IMG/VR virus record: IMGVR_UViG_3300044996_000613
Direction: 5' to 3' (one strand)
DNA from: an uncultured virus (IMG/VR IMGVR_UViG_3300044996_000613)
Taxonomy: Duplodnaviria > Heunggongvirae > Uroviricota > Caudoviricetes
DNA: 64,000 nt
Shown here: positions 25,516-34,958 of the stretch, piece after piece
Layout of the letters: every line of letters starts with the position of its first letter
Position numbering within the stretch: position 1 is the first letter of the stretch
Position numbers and translations under genes: made by a program
Notes under the pieces: model-generated
Told to the model about the DNA's origin: nothing
The model's database searches: none
What the model saw: only the letters and a program-made list of their open reading frames with translations

Positions 25516-28500
25516 GTCCTTTAAGTACGACCCCCGCCTGGGAGCCGATTTCCTCCAGCTTCTCGATCAGTTCTTCGTCGAAACAGAGGCCCCGCTGTAC
25601 CGAGGTCCCATCCGTGAACTGCATGTACATGTAGTTGCGGCCCTTCTTCGATTCGCGCACACCCAACTCAAGGATACGACCGCAGACGGTGACTCCTTGC
25701 TGCCCAGGAGCGAGGTCCGAAAGCGGGGTTGTCCCCTCACCGATTCGGCCCCTCAACTCCACATCACGAGCCATGGCGCTGGGAGAGCACGCCAGCAATT
25801 CGTACTCCTTGAGTTGCACAGCATCGGCGTCATCTTCTATACCATGGGAGGGGGCAACAAACTCCCCCCATTCCAGCAGCGCCTCCATCGAGGCGTGCCC
25901 CTTCCTGGCAATCTCGATGATCTCCTCGACTCGATCCGCCAGAAACTGCCGGCTCGGGCTGAACGCATCGAACGCGCCTGCCCACACCAGACACTCCAGT
26001 TGCCGGCGATCAAGCCCATGAGGCAGCAAGCGACGACAGAAGTCGATGGGGTCGGCGTAGGGGTATCCCCCATCAGGCGCCTGCTCGCCACGAAACCCAC
26101 GTGGCTTGATCTGACGCACCGCTACGATGGCTCGGGACAGCTTCTGGCCAATGTGCTTGATCCGCGAGAGCCCAAATCGAATAGCCCCTTCCTCTGGTTG
26201 GAATTGCTCTCCAGCCAGGTTGATGTCAGGAGGGAGCAGCACCAATCCAAGACGTGGGACCTCTTCGATGTATGGAAGGAAGAACTTGTCGTCGTCCTGG
26301 GAGGTCAGGGCGGCCGCTATGAACTCCTCGGGGTAGTTGATCTTCAGCCAGAGCATCCGCATGGAGATGCAGGCATAGGCTGTGGCGTGCGCCTTGTTAA
26401 ATGCGTAGTCGGCGAACTTGACCAGCTTGTCTGCCAGGCTATCCGCCAGTGCCTGAGGATAGCCCCTGGCCACGATCTCTGCCTTCATCCTGTTGAGAGG
26501 AGCGATGATCTGATCCTTCTTCTTCTTGCCGATGGCTCGGCGCACCTCGTCAGCCTCTGTGAACGTGAAACCCAGGGCCCACAGGCACTGGATTACCTGC
26601 TCCTGGTACACCATGATCCCGTAGGTGTCTCTTAGGGCCGGCTCCCACTCCGCCAAGTCACAGGTGGCATCCTGAGGGTGGTGCTTCCGGTGGGCGTAGT
26701 CGGGGATGAACTCCAGCGGACCAGGACGGTTGAGCGCCTCCACCACAGCCATGTCCTGTAGGCTGGTGGGCCCAATCTGGCGTAGCGCCTCCTGTGCAGT
26801 GCGCTTCTCAAGCTGGAAGATTGCTACCGTCCTCCCGGCACGTGCCATCGCCAACGAGTCAGGATCATCCACCGGGATGCTATACCAGTCCACAACGACC
26901 CCACGCCGTGCTTTGACCATGGCGATGGTATCGCGCGCCGCCCCCAAGGTCCTCAGGCTCAACACGTCGATCTTGAGCAGCCCCATCTTCTCAGTCTGAT
27001 CCATGTCAAACTGATAGATTTCAACGGCACCCTCTCTTCTTGTTGGTTGCTGCGGAGCCAGATTCGTGAGAGGCTCATTCGCAATCACGATCCCGGCAGC
27101 GTGAGCGCCGACCTGCCGGATGGCCCCCTTGACGCGCTTCCCGCTTTCCCGAGACCCACAGATCATGCGAGCCCGCTCAACAACCGTCACCAGATCGGGA
27201 TTCTGCCCAATCATACGGAGGGCGTCTGCGTTGTCACCTGCCTGCTCAGCCGGCAGCGACAAGTCGAGGGCATCCCAGTCTCGGATCAGCGCATTCAGGT
27301 TGTTGAGTTCCTCGAAGTCAAGGCCCATGGTAGCCCCAACATCCTTGATCGCCGCCTTCCATTCAAGGGCCTGAAACGTGCAAATGCGAGCTACACGATC
27401 CGCCCCATAGGTGTGTTGCAAATAGCCGAACACCCGCTCGCGCTCTTCCCAATCGAAGTCAAGGTCGATGTCGGGCATTGATGCCCGCTCGACATCGAGG
27501 AACCGCTCGAAAAACAAACCGGCCGCTATGGGGTCGATGTCAGTGACCCCCAACAAGTAGGAGCAGAGGGAGCCAGACGCCGACCCGCGCCCAGGCCCCT
27601 TGAGGATACCATTCTCTGCACAGAACTGAGCCATGTCGGCCACGATCAGCATGTAGCCGGCGAGGTTGGTGTCCTTGAACGCATCCATCTCACGTCGCAG
27701 CCGGTCATAGTACTGCTGAAGCACGTGGTCGGGCTGCCCGGACACATGCCCCATCCTCGTCAGCCAGCCCCTATGGAGCGCCTCTACGAACACATCCCAA
27801 TCCGACATCCCCTCAGGTATGGGGGGAGCAGGCAGGCGCTCCAAGACCTTCGGGAGCACCACACGCCCGGAATTGTCGATGGCGAGGTCGAGCGAGAAGT
27901 CGGCCCAATCCGCCACCATCACAGTGTTGGCTACTGCGTCAGCCGGGAGCCACCCCAGCATCTCTTGTTCGGTTGCTAGGTACTGGTGCTGCGGCATGGC
28001 TGCATTGTCGTCGTCTCTGGAGTTGCGGAGCCTGATACTTCGCAAAAGCTCTGCCTTCCTCCAGTCGTCTGGAGAGGCGAAGTGGGCGTCGTTGGTGGCC
28101 ACCGTCTTGATCCCCCATTGCTGCGACGCCTCCATCAACCAGGGGACGATCTCCCTCGACCTCCCGAAGTTCCCGGTATACAACTCAAATAGGAACCGCT
28201 CACCATACGCCGCCCTCAACTGCTCGGTGATCTCAGAGAAGACCCCAGTCCTGTCCCTCCCGGTAGACGCCATTTCTTCGTACAACTGGCTGGGGTAGCC
28301 AAACCAACAGCCCGATAGGAGAGCTATCCCCTCATGGTTCTCGGCCAACTCGTCTATGGTCACCCGAGGCTTATGATAGTAGTGCTTAGGGCGATAACCA
28401 GACGTGACCAAGGCGCAGAGATTCCGGTAGCCCTGTTCGTTCAAGGCCAGCACCGTGATGTGCCAGCCTCTCGTCTGCTCGCTGTAGTTGCGCACACACC

Positions 28501-28702
28501 GCAATTCGGCCCCGAGGATGGGCTTGACCTTCCCATCTGCTGTTGCTTCGCACATATCGACAGCCCCATAGAGGCCGTCGTGGTCAGTAAGGGCAAGCGC
28601 CGTTTGCCCTATCTCGGCAGCACGCTGAACTAGCTCCTTGGGTTTGTTAGCCCCATCGAGCATGCTGTATTCTGAGTGAACATGAAGATGGATGAATGCC
28701 AT
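25451..28702 (-). CDS. dnaE: DNA polymerase III alpha subunit
   Basis: PHP motifs HLHVHSEYS and ALTDH, GRGSASGS, MPDIDLDF, HAAG, KIDVL, YQEQV, YAFNKAHA, and a C-terminal OB fold. Confidence 0.97.
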   Translation of the reverse strand: MAFIHLHVHSEYSMLDGANKPKELVQRAAEIGQTALALTDHDGLYGAVDMCEATADGKVKPILGAELRCVRNYSEQTRGWHITVLALNEQGYRNLCALVTSGYRPKHYYHKPRVTIDELAENHEGIALLSGCWFGYPSQLYEEMASTGRDRTGVFSEITEQLRAAYGERFLFELYTGNFGRSREIVPWLMEASQQWGIKTVATNDAHFASPDDWRKAELLRSIRLRNSRDDDNAAMPQHQYLATEQEMLGWLPADAVANTVMVADWADFSLDLAIDNSGRVVLPKVLERLPAPPIPEGMSDWDVFVEALHRGWLTRMGHVSGQPDHVLQQYYDRLRREMDAFKDTNLAGYMLIVADMAQFCAENGILKGPGRGSASGSLCSYLLGVTDIDPIAAGLFFERFLDVERASMPDIDLDFDWEERERVFGYLQHTYGADRVARICTFQALEWKAAIKDVGATMGLDFEELNNLNALIRDWDALDLSLPAEQAGDNADALRMIGQNPDLVTVVERARMICGSRESGKRVKGAIRQVGAHAAGIVIANEPLTNLAPQQPTRREGAVEIYQFDMDQTEKMGLLKIDVLSLRTLGAARDTIAMVKARRGVVVDWYSIPVDDPDSLAMARAGRTVAIFQLEKRTAQEALRQIGPTSLQDMAVVEALNRPGPLEFIPDYAHRKHHPQDATCDLAEWEPALRDTYGIMVYQEQVIQCLWALGFTFTEADEVRRAIGKKKKDQIIAPLNRMKAEIVARGYPQALADSLADKLVKFADYAFNKAHATAYACISMRMLWLKINYPEEFIAAALTSQDDDKFFLPYIEEVPRLGLVLLPPDINLAGEQFQPEEGAIRFGLSRIKHIGQKLSRAIVAVRQIKPRGFRGEQAPDGGYPYADPIDFCRRLLPHGLDRRQLECLVWAGAFDAFSPSRQFLADRVEEIIEIARKGHASMEALLEWGEFVAPSHGIEDDADAVQLKEYELLACSPSAMARDVELRGRIGEGTTPLSDLAPGQQGVTVCGRILELGVRESKKGRNYMYMQFTDGTSVQRGLCFDEELIEKLEEIGSQAGVVLKGHVSDDGDAIFIRQIVRVDSQS

Positions 28703-28709
28703 GGAGCAC

Positions 28710-29468
28710 CTATAACGTTATACCGACCGCCCTACATCGTCTTTTGCTGCCTGCCACACACTGATCGTCGATGTCGCAGCCAACAAATCTACGGCCGAGA
28801 GCCTTAGCAACTGCCGCTGTTGTCCCGGAACCAAGGAACGGGTCCACAACAAGATCGCCAGGATTTGAGGATAGGAGAACCACCCTCTCCAATAGGGCCT
28901 CTGGCTTCTGCCCCTTGAACCCTTGATATTGTCTACGACTATGGAAGGCAGACGATATTTCCCAAACATCGGTAGGATTCTTCGTGCTGGCAACTACATC
29001 GGCATTCGTCTTCATCCAGCGATCCGTCTTGCGCCCCGCCTGGCGGGAGTTGACCAAGACATCACCGAGATTGAACGCGGGAGCCGCACCGACCCTAACA
29101 CAGTAAATCAGAGGCTCCCACATTTGGCTCAGGCGCCTCTTGGCGCCATAGTTTGGGGTCTGCCGGTGCCACACAACCAAGTTGCGCCACTCCAACGACT
29201 GATCCGCAGCTACTACGTTGAGGAACAGGCGCAACCAATCCTGTGCACAGGCAATCCACAACGAGCCTCCAGGGCGCAAAGCAGATGCGGCAGCCGATAC
29301 CCAAGATGAAGTCCACTCTTCATAGTTAGGGACTATGTCTGTCTTCTGATGACCCATCCGCACACCTATATTGTACGGTGGGTCAGCAAACAGAAGATCG
29401 ACTTTGCCTTCCAGTGGCACCAAGCAATCCATTACATCTTGGCAAACGATCTCGGGCTCGTACATCAT
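28710..29468 (-). CDS. DNA N6-adenine/N4-cytosine methyltransferase, beta class
   Basis: ADPPYN, QKPEALL, VVDPFLGSGTT. Confidence 0.92.
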   Translation of the reverse strand: MMYEPEIVCQDVMDCLVPLEGKVDLLFADPPYNIGVRMGHQKTDIVPNYEEWTSSWVSAAASALRPGGSLWIACAQDWLRLFLNVVAADQSLEWRNLVVWHRQTPNYGAKRRLSQMWEPLIYCVRVGAAPAFNLGDVLVNSRQAGRKTDRWMKTNADVVASTKNPTDVWEISSAFHSRRQYQGFKGQKPEALLERVVLLSSNPGDLVVDPFLGSGTTAAVAKALGRRFVGCDIDDQCVAGSKRRCRAVGITL

Positions 29469-30307
29469 ACTGGGACCCCTCCCGAGTCTAGATGCGTGAC
29501 GTGCAACGACATGTCCACATGGATATGGATGCCATTCGCTTGGAGTTGGGCTGACGCCAACATATCATCTGCACTGAAGTCACGCAAGGTAAACTCGACC
29601 GCCTCAGCGGCCTTGGGGGTCCACAAGGTAGCAGCCAACCCCACGCCATCTACTTCAACCAGGCCGACCTCGTTGCCCGTCAGATACCTGGTAACGGCGT
29701 GTAGGTGGTTGTGTCCACTACGCAACCAGGCGACCCCAGGCTTCTCGGACAACACATCGGGACCGAAGACCACCTGCTTAGCCGGCCGCGCCAAGGCCGA
29801 CGTAGGGTCGTAGCGCCATGCGGCGACGGTGGGTACATCCGCCCGTCTCATGTAGCACTTGGCCGACACCACATCTACCTCGTGGGACAACAGACGAATA
29901 AACAGGTCCGGCGGAGGGACCATGTCGAAGTCGATCCACAAGATGTGGCTCGGCCTCAACATGAGCGCCGCCCGGCGGAGTCTCTCCCTAGCGTCTATGA
30001 TCGCTTGCAGCGCCACTACCGCCGCGTCATCCTTGAGGACGCGACCATGATGGACACGGAGGGTCTGCACAACCTCCGAGTAGTCCTTGTCGTTGTAGGT
30101 CATCACAAACGGGATGCCAGTTCTGTAGATGCGCCATCTGACATCTTCGGCATATTGTGGGGTCGCCCGGTTCATGTCGATCAACCAGACGTGCTCAAAC
30201 GGTAGCGTCATCGCCGGGGCTGCCGCCAAGAAGTCATTCAGCGCATACGCCTTGTGCTGCGCTGTGGGGACCAGGATAACAAGGCGATTTCTGTCACCAG
30301 AGCCCAT
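29465..30307 (-). CDS. GT-A fold (GT2-like) glycosyltransferase
   Basis: ILVPT, ARERLR, WIDFDM (DxD), DGVGLAAT, ADD, HVTH. Confidence 0.7.
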   Translation of the reverse strand: MGSGDRNRLVILVPTAQHKAYALNDFLAAAPAMTLPFEHVWLIDMNRATPQYAEDVRWRIYRTGIPFVMTYNDKDYSEVVQTLRVHHGRVLKDDAAVVALQAIIDARERLRRAALMLRPSHILWIDFDMVPPPDLFIRLLSHEVDVVSAKCYMRRADVPTVAAWRYDPTSALARPAKQVVFGPDVLSEKPGVAWLRSGHNHLHAVTRYLTGNEVGLVEVDGVGLAATLWTPKAAEAVEFTLRDFSADDMLASAQLQANGIHIHVDMSLHVTHLDSGGVPV

Positions 30308-31352
30308 TGAGCCACCTCACGAGTTCGCGCGCCCGATGGCGCCACAGATGCCCCTCCATCACCCACTCAGAAGCCTGCTGTGCCTCATCTGGTGAGAATG
30401 GAGAGATGTCAGCCACCTGTTTCTCCACTTGCTCAGCATCATCCGGGATGGACACTACCAACGGCAATGCCTCGGCTTGTGGGAGGTTCCAGACCACCGG
30501 CCGCACCCCCGCCAACAAGTATTCATACACCTTGATTGGGCTCACCCAGCGAGTGAGTTCCTGACCAGGTCGGAACAGAGCCAACCCGATGCGCGGGGTC
30601 GAATTGAGGTCTCTCCCACCCGATGCCAACACAAAACTAAGATAGGCATGCGAGACCCAGCCCACCTCTCCCCCCAAGCCGAACTTCCGTGCCTGCATCC
30701 CATTTCCCAGAAGGGGGTTGCTGTCCTGCGGCGACTGGCCGCAAAGCAACGTCGCCCGCAGCTTCCCGACCTTCCGCAACACATCAACGGCCACGTAGCG
30801 CTCATCCAGACTGCCTACATAGACAGCCGAGGTGTGGTAAGCATACCAGCAGGCATCTCTCCCTTTCAGCCAGCGCTGTGGCCAGAGCGGAGCGTCGCTG
30901 GCTGCGTTTGGGAGGTATAGCTTGTCCCCTTGGTATTGCTCGTATACATCATCCTGGAACGAACAAACCATGGCATCAGCGACCTCTAGCAGAACCTGCT
31001 CAGTCTCGGCCAGCGCATACTGCTGCGCAGAAGGGAATGACGGCCAGTGGTCGAAGCGGTCGTAGATCACCTTGAAGCCCCGCCGGTGGGCGGCCTCGGC
31101 GGCCCAGATCATCTCCCGTCCGGGGGTCGTCACCAGAATTGCCACCTTGTCCCCACGAGCCTCCAGGTCGTCGAGCATCATGTCTACCGGCTCGCTGCGA
31201 TACACGGGGCCGGCGCCAGGGACATAGACGTTGGTCTCAACGACGTGAGCCTCTACCCCCGACATCTCACTCAGTCGCCCCAAAAGCTGAGGCACGCGCT
31301 GCCCCTCTCCCAGAAGGCGTAGAGGCGCACTAATCAGCGCTGCTACCTGCAT
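30294..31352 (-). CDS. GT-B fold (GT4-like) glycosyltransferase (start reassigned to ATG 31352)
   Basis: QRVPQL, VIYDRFDHW, YLPNAA, YVGSLDE, SPIKVYEYLLAG, LWRHRA. GGAGG upstream. Confidence 0.8.
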   Translation of the reverse strand: MQVAALISAPLRLLGEGQRVPQLLGRLSEMSGVEAHVVETNVYVPGAGPVYRSEPVDMMLDDLEARGDKVAILVTTPGREMIWAAEAAHRRGFKVIYDRFDHWPSFPSAQQYALAETEQVLLEVADAMVCSFQDDVYEQYQGDKLYLPNAASDAPLWPQRWLKGRDACWYAYHTSAVYVGSLDERYVAVDVLRKVGKLRATLLCGQSPQDSNPLLGNGMQARKFGLGGEVGWVSHAYLSFVLASGGRDLNSTPRIGLALFRPGQELTRWVSPIKVYEYLLAGVRPVVWNLPQAEALPLVVSIPDDAEQVEKQVADISPFSPDEAQQASEWVMEGHLWRHRARELVRWLNGLW

Positions 31353-32457
31353 CGGTTCTCCCTCCTGACACCCTGTGGACCACATAGCCCGACGAAGAGC
31401 GAGGCGTATAGACGTTGCTCCCCGTGCTGACGATCTGGCTGCCACAATGACGCATGGACAAATACTCCGTTGGGTCCACCTCATTCCCATGCGGCCTCAG
31501 GTCGCAAACGTACCACCCTCTGGCGAAGGGGCGAAAAGCGTCGGCTGGGGCTCTAATAGGAAGAGGCACTGCCCGGATGCCGAAGGGGCTGGCCGCATTG
31601 AGCGGGTAGCTCCCAATCACCTCTACCTGGTAATCGGAGTCTATCACCAGGTCTGCGTGGTCACTAGTCACCGCATCCACGATGTAGGTCACGGCGCAGT
31701 TGTCACGTTCAGCCTTGAACAGAGCAGCATTGGCATTCGCCTGATCCAGTCGTTCGGGGATGTTAACCTCGTGCTGGATATGGTAGGCATACTCGTCGAG
31801 GAAGTGGAACCGGAATCCACTCTTCCCTAACCGATACCAAAGTTCGTTGTCCTCGTACCCCCACGCCTCGAAGCCAGGATGCCAGGCGCCCACTTGCAAC
31901 AACCAGTCACGCCTGAGCGAGATGCCGCTACCCCCACCCAATGACCATAGCGGCTGAGCGGGTGCCCTCTTCAGCCAGTCGCACTCCTCCAGAACGGGAC
32001 GCCTCCAGTCGTGCGTTGCTGCCCGCCAAATATCGGGCGACACATGGTGCTCCAACGACTCCTCTCGCCCTACTCCCCCATCAGGCCACACAATGTTCTT
32101 GTGGAGGTTCGCCACTAACAGGGGGGCCTCCCCGATATGCTCCTTGTGAGCATAGTAGTGAGAGCGGACAAGGCTGGGATACATGACGACATCGGCATCG
32201 CAAAACAGCACGATGTCTTCTTCCAGATGTGGCAACGGAGCGTTCCGAGTAGCAGAAGACGCCCACCCCCTACCGTTAGAAATCACAGCATCTACGTTCC
32301 CCAACGCATCCGGGTGCTCTGGGCGCCATCCATGGCAGGACACGACGATCCGCCCCACAACCTTGCTACGAGCAACATCCTGCCACCAAGGCAGCACCGC
32401 CATGAAGCGCTCACGGTGGTAGTCGGCGCACGGGATCACGATGTCAAGCCGATTCAT
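31330..32457 (-). CDS. GT2 glycosyltransferase with GT7-like C-terminal motif (start reassigned to ATG 32457)
   Basis: DIVIP, ATRN, FCDAD (DxD), GFEAWGYEDNEL, YHIQH. Confidence 0.88.
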   Translation of the reverse strand: MNRLDIVIPCADYHRERFMAVLPWWQDVARSKVVGRIVVSCHGWRPEHPDALGNVDAVISNGRGWASSATRNAPLPHLEEDIVLFCDADVVMYPSLVRSHYYAHKEHIGEAPLLVANLHKNIVWPDGGVGREESLEHHVSPDIWRAATHDWRRPVLEECDWLKRAPAQPLWSLGGGSGISLRRDWLLQVGAWHPGFEAWGYEDNELWYRLGKSGFRFHFLDEYAYHIQHEVNIPERLDQANANAALFKAERDNCAVTYIVDAVTSDHADLVIDSDYQVEVIGSYPLNAASPFGIRAVPLPIRAPADAFRPFARGWYVCDLRPHGNEVDPTEYLSMRHCGSQIVSTGSNVYTPRSSSGYVVHRVSGGRTDAGSSAD

Positions 32458-32896
32458 GTTGCCCGTCCCCTTGCACCAGCGAAGATACCACACCCGTAAG
32501 CGCCTCGATCCGCCCCCCCACCGACTGTAGCTCGGAAGCGACGCCTTTCAGATCGGCGTTGAATCCGTCCATCCTGGCCTCCAAGCCGGTGATACGTGCC
32601 TCGTCAACCTTGAATGACTCAGCATGGGAAGCATCTGCGATGCGCGCCAGGTGAGACGCCATTACGTCTAAGGCTATTGGGGGGCAAGGGTGGGGACGGA
32701 CTACCTCTACAAAGGGGGTTGACGCCTCGGTGACACCAACGACCGCTAGAACCGGGGCGTCAAACATCTCACCAGCAATCCCCTGTCGCAGGGACGCGAT
32801 CTCCTCAGCCTGTGCCTTCACCAAGGCCTCGGCCACTGACAACCGTTCCCTCAATTCGACCTTCGTCGGCTGCCTCATCTTCCCCCTGGACATCAC
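32444..32896 (-). CDS. hypothetical coiled-coil protein
   Basis: Coupled ORF with heptad-like segments. GGAGG upstream. Confidence 0.55.
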   Translation of the reverse strand: MMSRGKMRQPTKVELRERLSVAEALVKAQAEEIASLRQGIAGEMFDAPVLAVVGVTEASTPFVEVVRPHPCPPIALDVMASHLARIADASHAESFKVDEARITGLEARMDGFNADLKGVASELQSVGGRIEALTGVVSSLVQGDGQHESA

Positions 32897-33147
32897 CCAC
32901 CTCCCCTACGAATCTGGTCGCTCGCCTTCTTCGCGAGGTCGAATTGAAGGTCTCTCAGAACCTGCAGCGCCTTTTGCGCCTCCTGTGGCATCAATAAGAT
33001 GGTGGCTAGAGTCGCCCCCATCTGCTGAGTTAACTTGTCGATGTCCTCCTGGTTGTACTGCTCCAGACCTTCCGCCTGGAGTACGAAGGAGATCGCCCAG
33101 TGCCGTCCTCTCTGTGTGGACCGCAGCGTGTGCTGACTTGTGGCCAT
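32893..33147 (-). CDS. hypothetical protein
   Basis: Strong GGAGG RBS before ATG 33147. Its stop overlaps the next gene's start. Confidence 0.55.
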   Translation of the reverse strand: MATSQHTLRSTQRGRHWAISFVLQAEGLEQYNQEDIDKLTQQMGATLATILLMPQEAQKALQVLRDLQFDLAKKASDQIRRGGG

Positions 33148-33598
33148 CGAGAACCTCCATCAGGCGCTCGGCGTGCGACATACCGTCTACGGGGATGCTA
33201 CCGCTCATGTAGGCAAAACGCAACTCTTCAGCCAGCGTTGCCGGTTTCGGCCTGACGATGCGCAAGATGTCGCGCCACGTCCAGCGACACCCATCTAACG
33301 AGAAGAATGGGTCCCCTCTCAGAAACCACGCGGGAGGCATTGTTGTCAGCATTTCAGCAATCGCTCGCTTCATGCCGGAACCCAACCCGCGTTTCTTCCG
33401 CAATCTGTCGATGAACGTAACCAGTTCGTCGCGCGACTGGATGGCAATAGGTAATAGGCCGTAGCCAGTGTCTGACCCCTGCTGGTCAGACCATAGCTCG
33501 ACCAGTGCATCTACGCGCTCGCTAGGACTTCGCGCCGCTAGCTTGCGTAGGAAGATGTCGTGCCCCCCACCAAGTGGGGGGCCGTCACCTACGCGCAT
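32906..33598 (-). CDS. TROVE (Ro60/Rsr)-like partial-domain protein
   Basis: 'GLGSGMKRAIAEML...WTWRDILRIVRPKP' resembles the TROVE signature 'GWGRalRkAva.W...WshrDLLRLsHPKP'. GGAGGAG RBS. Confidence 0.5.
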   Translation of the reverse strand: MRVGDGPPLGGGHDIFLRKLAARSPSERVDALVELWSDQQGSDTGYGLLPIAIQSRDELVTFIDRLRKKRGLGSGMKRAIAEMLTTMPPAWFLRGDPFFSLDGCRWTWRDILRIVRPKPATLAEELRFAYMSGSIPVDGMSHAERLMEVLDGHKSAHAAVHTERTALGDLLRTPGGRSGAVQPGGHRQVNSADGGDSSHHLIDATGGAKGAAGSERPSIRPREEGERPDS

Positions 33599-33617
33599 GG
33601 CACTCCTCCAGCCGCTT

Positions 33618-33785
33618 CTACTCCGCGTCGTCCATGAAACCAGCCTTGGCGCCCGTCAGCTTGATGGTCACGGCGACGATCTCTTCCCCCTCCTTGTTCT
33701 CCTTCTCAACAAGGGTGGTGGACTCGACCGCGAGTCCTAGCTTGGCAGCGAACTGCTCAATCTGCTTCCTGCGGTTTTCCCACAT
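33618..33785 (-). CDS. small hypothetical protein (55 aa, MWENRRKQIEQFAAKLG...)
   Basis: Fills the gap between two genes on the coding strand. Shorter than anything in the supplied ORF track. Confidence 0.55.
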   Translation of the reverse strand: MWENRRKQIEQFAAKLGLAVESTTLVEKENKEGEEIVAVTIKLTGAKAGFMDDAE

Positions 33786-33791
33786 ATCGCT

Positions 33792-34958
33792 CTACTTCCT
33801 GCCTTTCTTGAGTGGCGGGGTTGCCGCCTTATGGGTCAGCCACGAAGACGTGGCTTGGAACCGCTGGGTAGAGCGCACCATCTGCTCCAGACCTGGCTTA
33901 GCGGCGCCGTGCTTCTCCAGCAGGTCGTCCAGCCCCTGTGAACTGAACGACATCGCGGCAACGATCTCGCTCTCAGAGACTCCAGACTGCCTCAGGATGT
34001 TGTAACAGGCCTCAGTGTCCGTAGACCTGTTGGCCCTGTTGTTGACCCTGAAAATGCCGATAGGTGTGGCGACCTCCTGGCTCCCAGCATCCGCCATCCC
34101 TTTCACCAGGGAATCCTGCAGCGCTTTGGAGTCCTTCTCTAGCGTATACTGAAGTTGGTCGAGCATGTACCACTTTGCATACGCCGCCTGGGGGTTGTCG
34201 GCCGGCATGGAGATCGCCGCCTTGGCCTGGTCAGGCAGTTCGGCGTAACGAGGGCACTCGCTCCTGACATGGCAGTAGCAGCAGTACTTATTCAACGTGG
34301 GCTCGAACTGGCCCGCCTGGATGCGGCGGACGATGTCGTTCAGGTACATGTACAGACTGGGGATCAGGTCGTCTTCGGCGACCTGGGACATCATCTTCCC
34401 CTTGCGGAGGTACATCAAGCTGAGAACGACCTGTGGGTACTGCGGCCACAAGGCCCGAGCAGCCACGTAGTACATGGCCAACTGCAGGTTGCTCTCCATC
34501 TCCCACGAAGTCATGGGAACCAGTGATGTCTTGTAGTCGATCACCTGGATGGTCTGGGGCCCTACCATTTCCACACGGTCTATGAGCCCGGTGATCTGGA
34601 CATCACCAACAGGAATCTGGAACTCCTGCTCGACAGCCATCAGCTTCGAGAAGTCGATGCTGTCAACCCCCGCCTTGATGAGGGATGGGCAAATAGCTAG
34701 ATCGCCAAACGGAACGACATCGGTGGCGGCCATCGCGCTGGCGAGGCAGTCATCCACCGTCCGTTCTCCCTTGCTCTCCGTGTAGTACTGGAGCGCCAGA
34801 TGGCAAATCGACCCGATCAGCAGTGGGACGGTTGGCGCCTCGCGCTTGCCCTCGTGGTACCTACGGTACCACTTCAGTGGGCACTGCACGTAAAGCTGAA
34901 CTCCCGTGGGGGACAGCGGTAGATCGGCCGTGTCGTAGTCAAAGGGTGTCGGCTCCAT
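33792..34958 (-). CDS. RecB/AddB-like PD-(D/E)XK exonuclease with four conserved Cys
   Basis: SPTG...CP, IGSICH, GLIDRV, VIDYKT, QLAMY, CCYC...CP. Confidence 0.88.
   Translation of the reverse strand: MEPTPFDYDTADLPLSPTGVQLYVQCPLKWYRRYHEGKREAPTVPLLIGSICHLALQYYTESKGERTVDDCLASAMAATDVVPFGDLAICPSLIKAGVDSIDFSKLMAVEQEFQIPVGDVQITGLIDRVEMVGPQTIQVIDYKTSLVPMTSWEMESNLQLAMYYVAARALWPQYPQVVLSLMYLRKGKMMSQVAEDDLIPSLYMYLNDIVRRIQAGQFEPTLNKYCCYCHVRSECPRYAELPDQAKAAISMPADNPQAAYAKWYMLDQLQYTLEKDSKALQDSLVKGMADAGSQEVATPIGIFRVNNRANRSTDTEACYNILRQSGVSESEIVAAMSFSSQGLDDLLEKHGAAKPGLEQMVRSTQRFQATSSWLTHKAATPPLKKGRK

Noticed and set aside
25136..26635. 499-aa plus-strand ORF and other long antisense ORFs (e.g. 11768-12760, 36607-37683, 49859-50833, 52091-53287, 60950-61969)
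   Set aside because: They shadow well-supported minus-strand genes in GC-rich DNA and carry no motifs.
33792..34958. Cas4 / CRISPR-associated nuclease
   Set aside because: RecB-like four-Cys nucleases are common stand-alone phage genes, and there is no cas1/cas2 or array.
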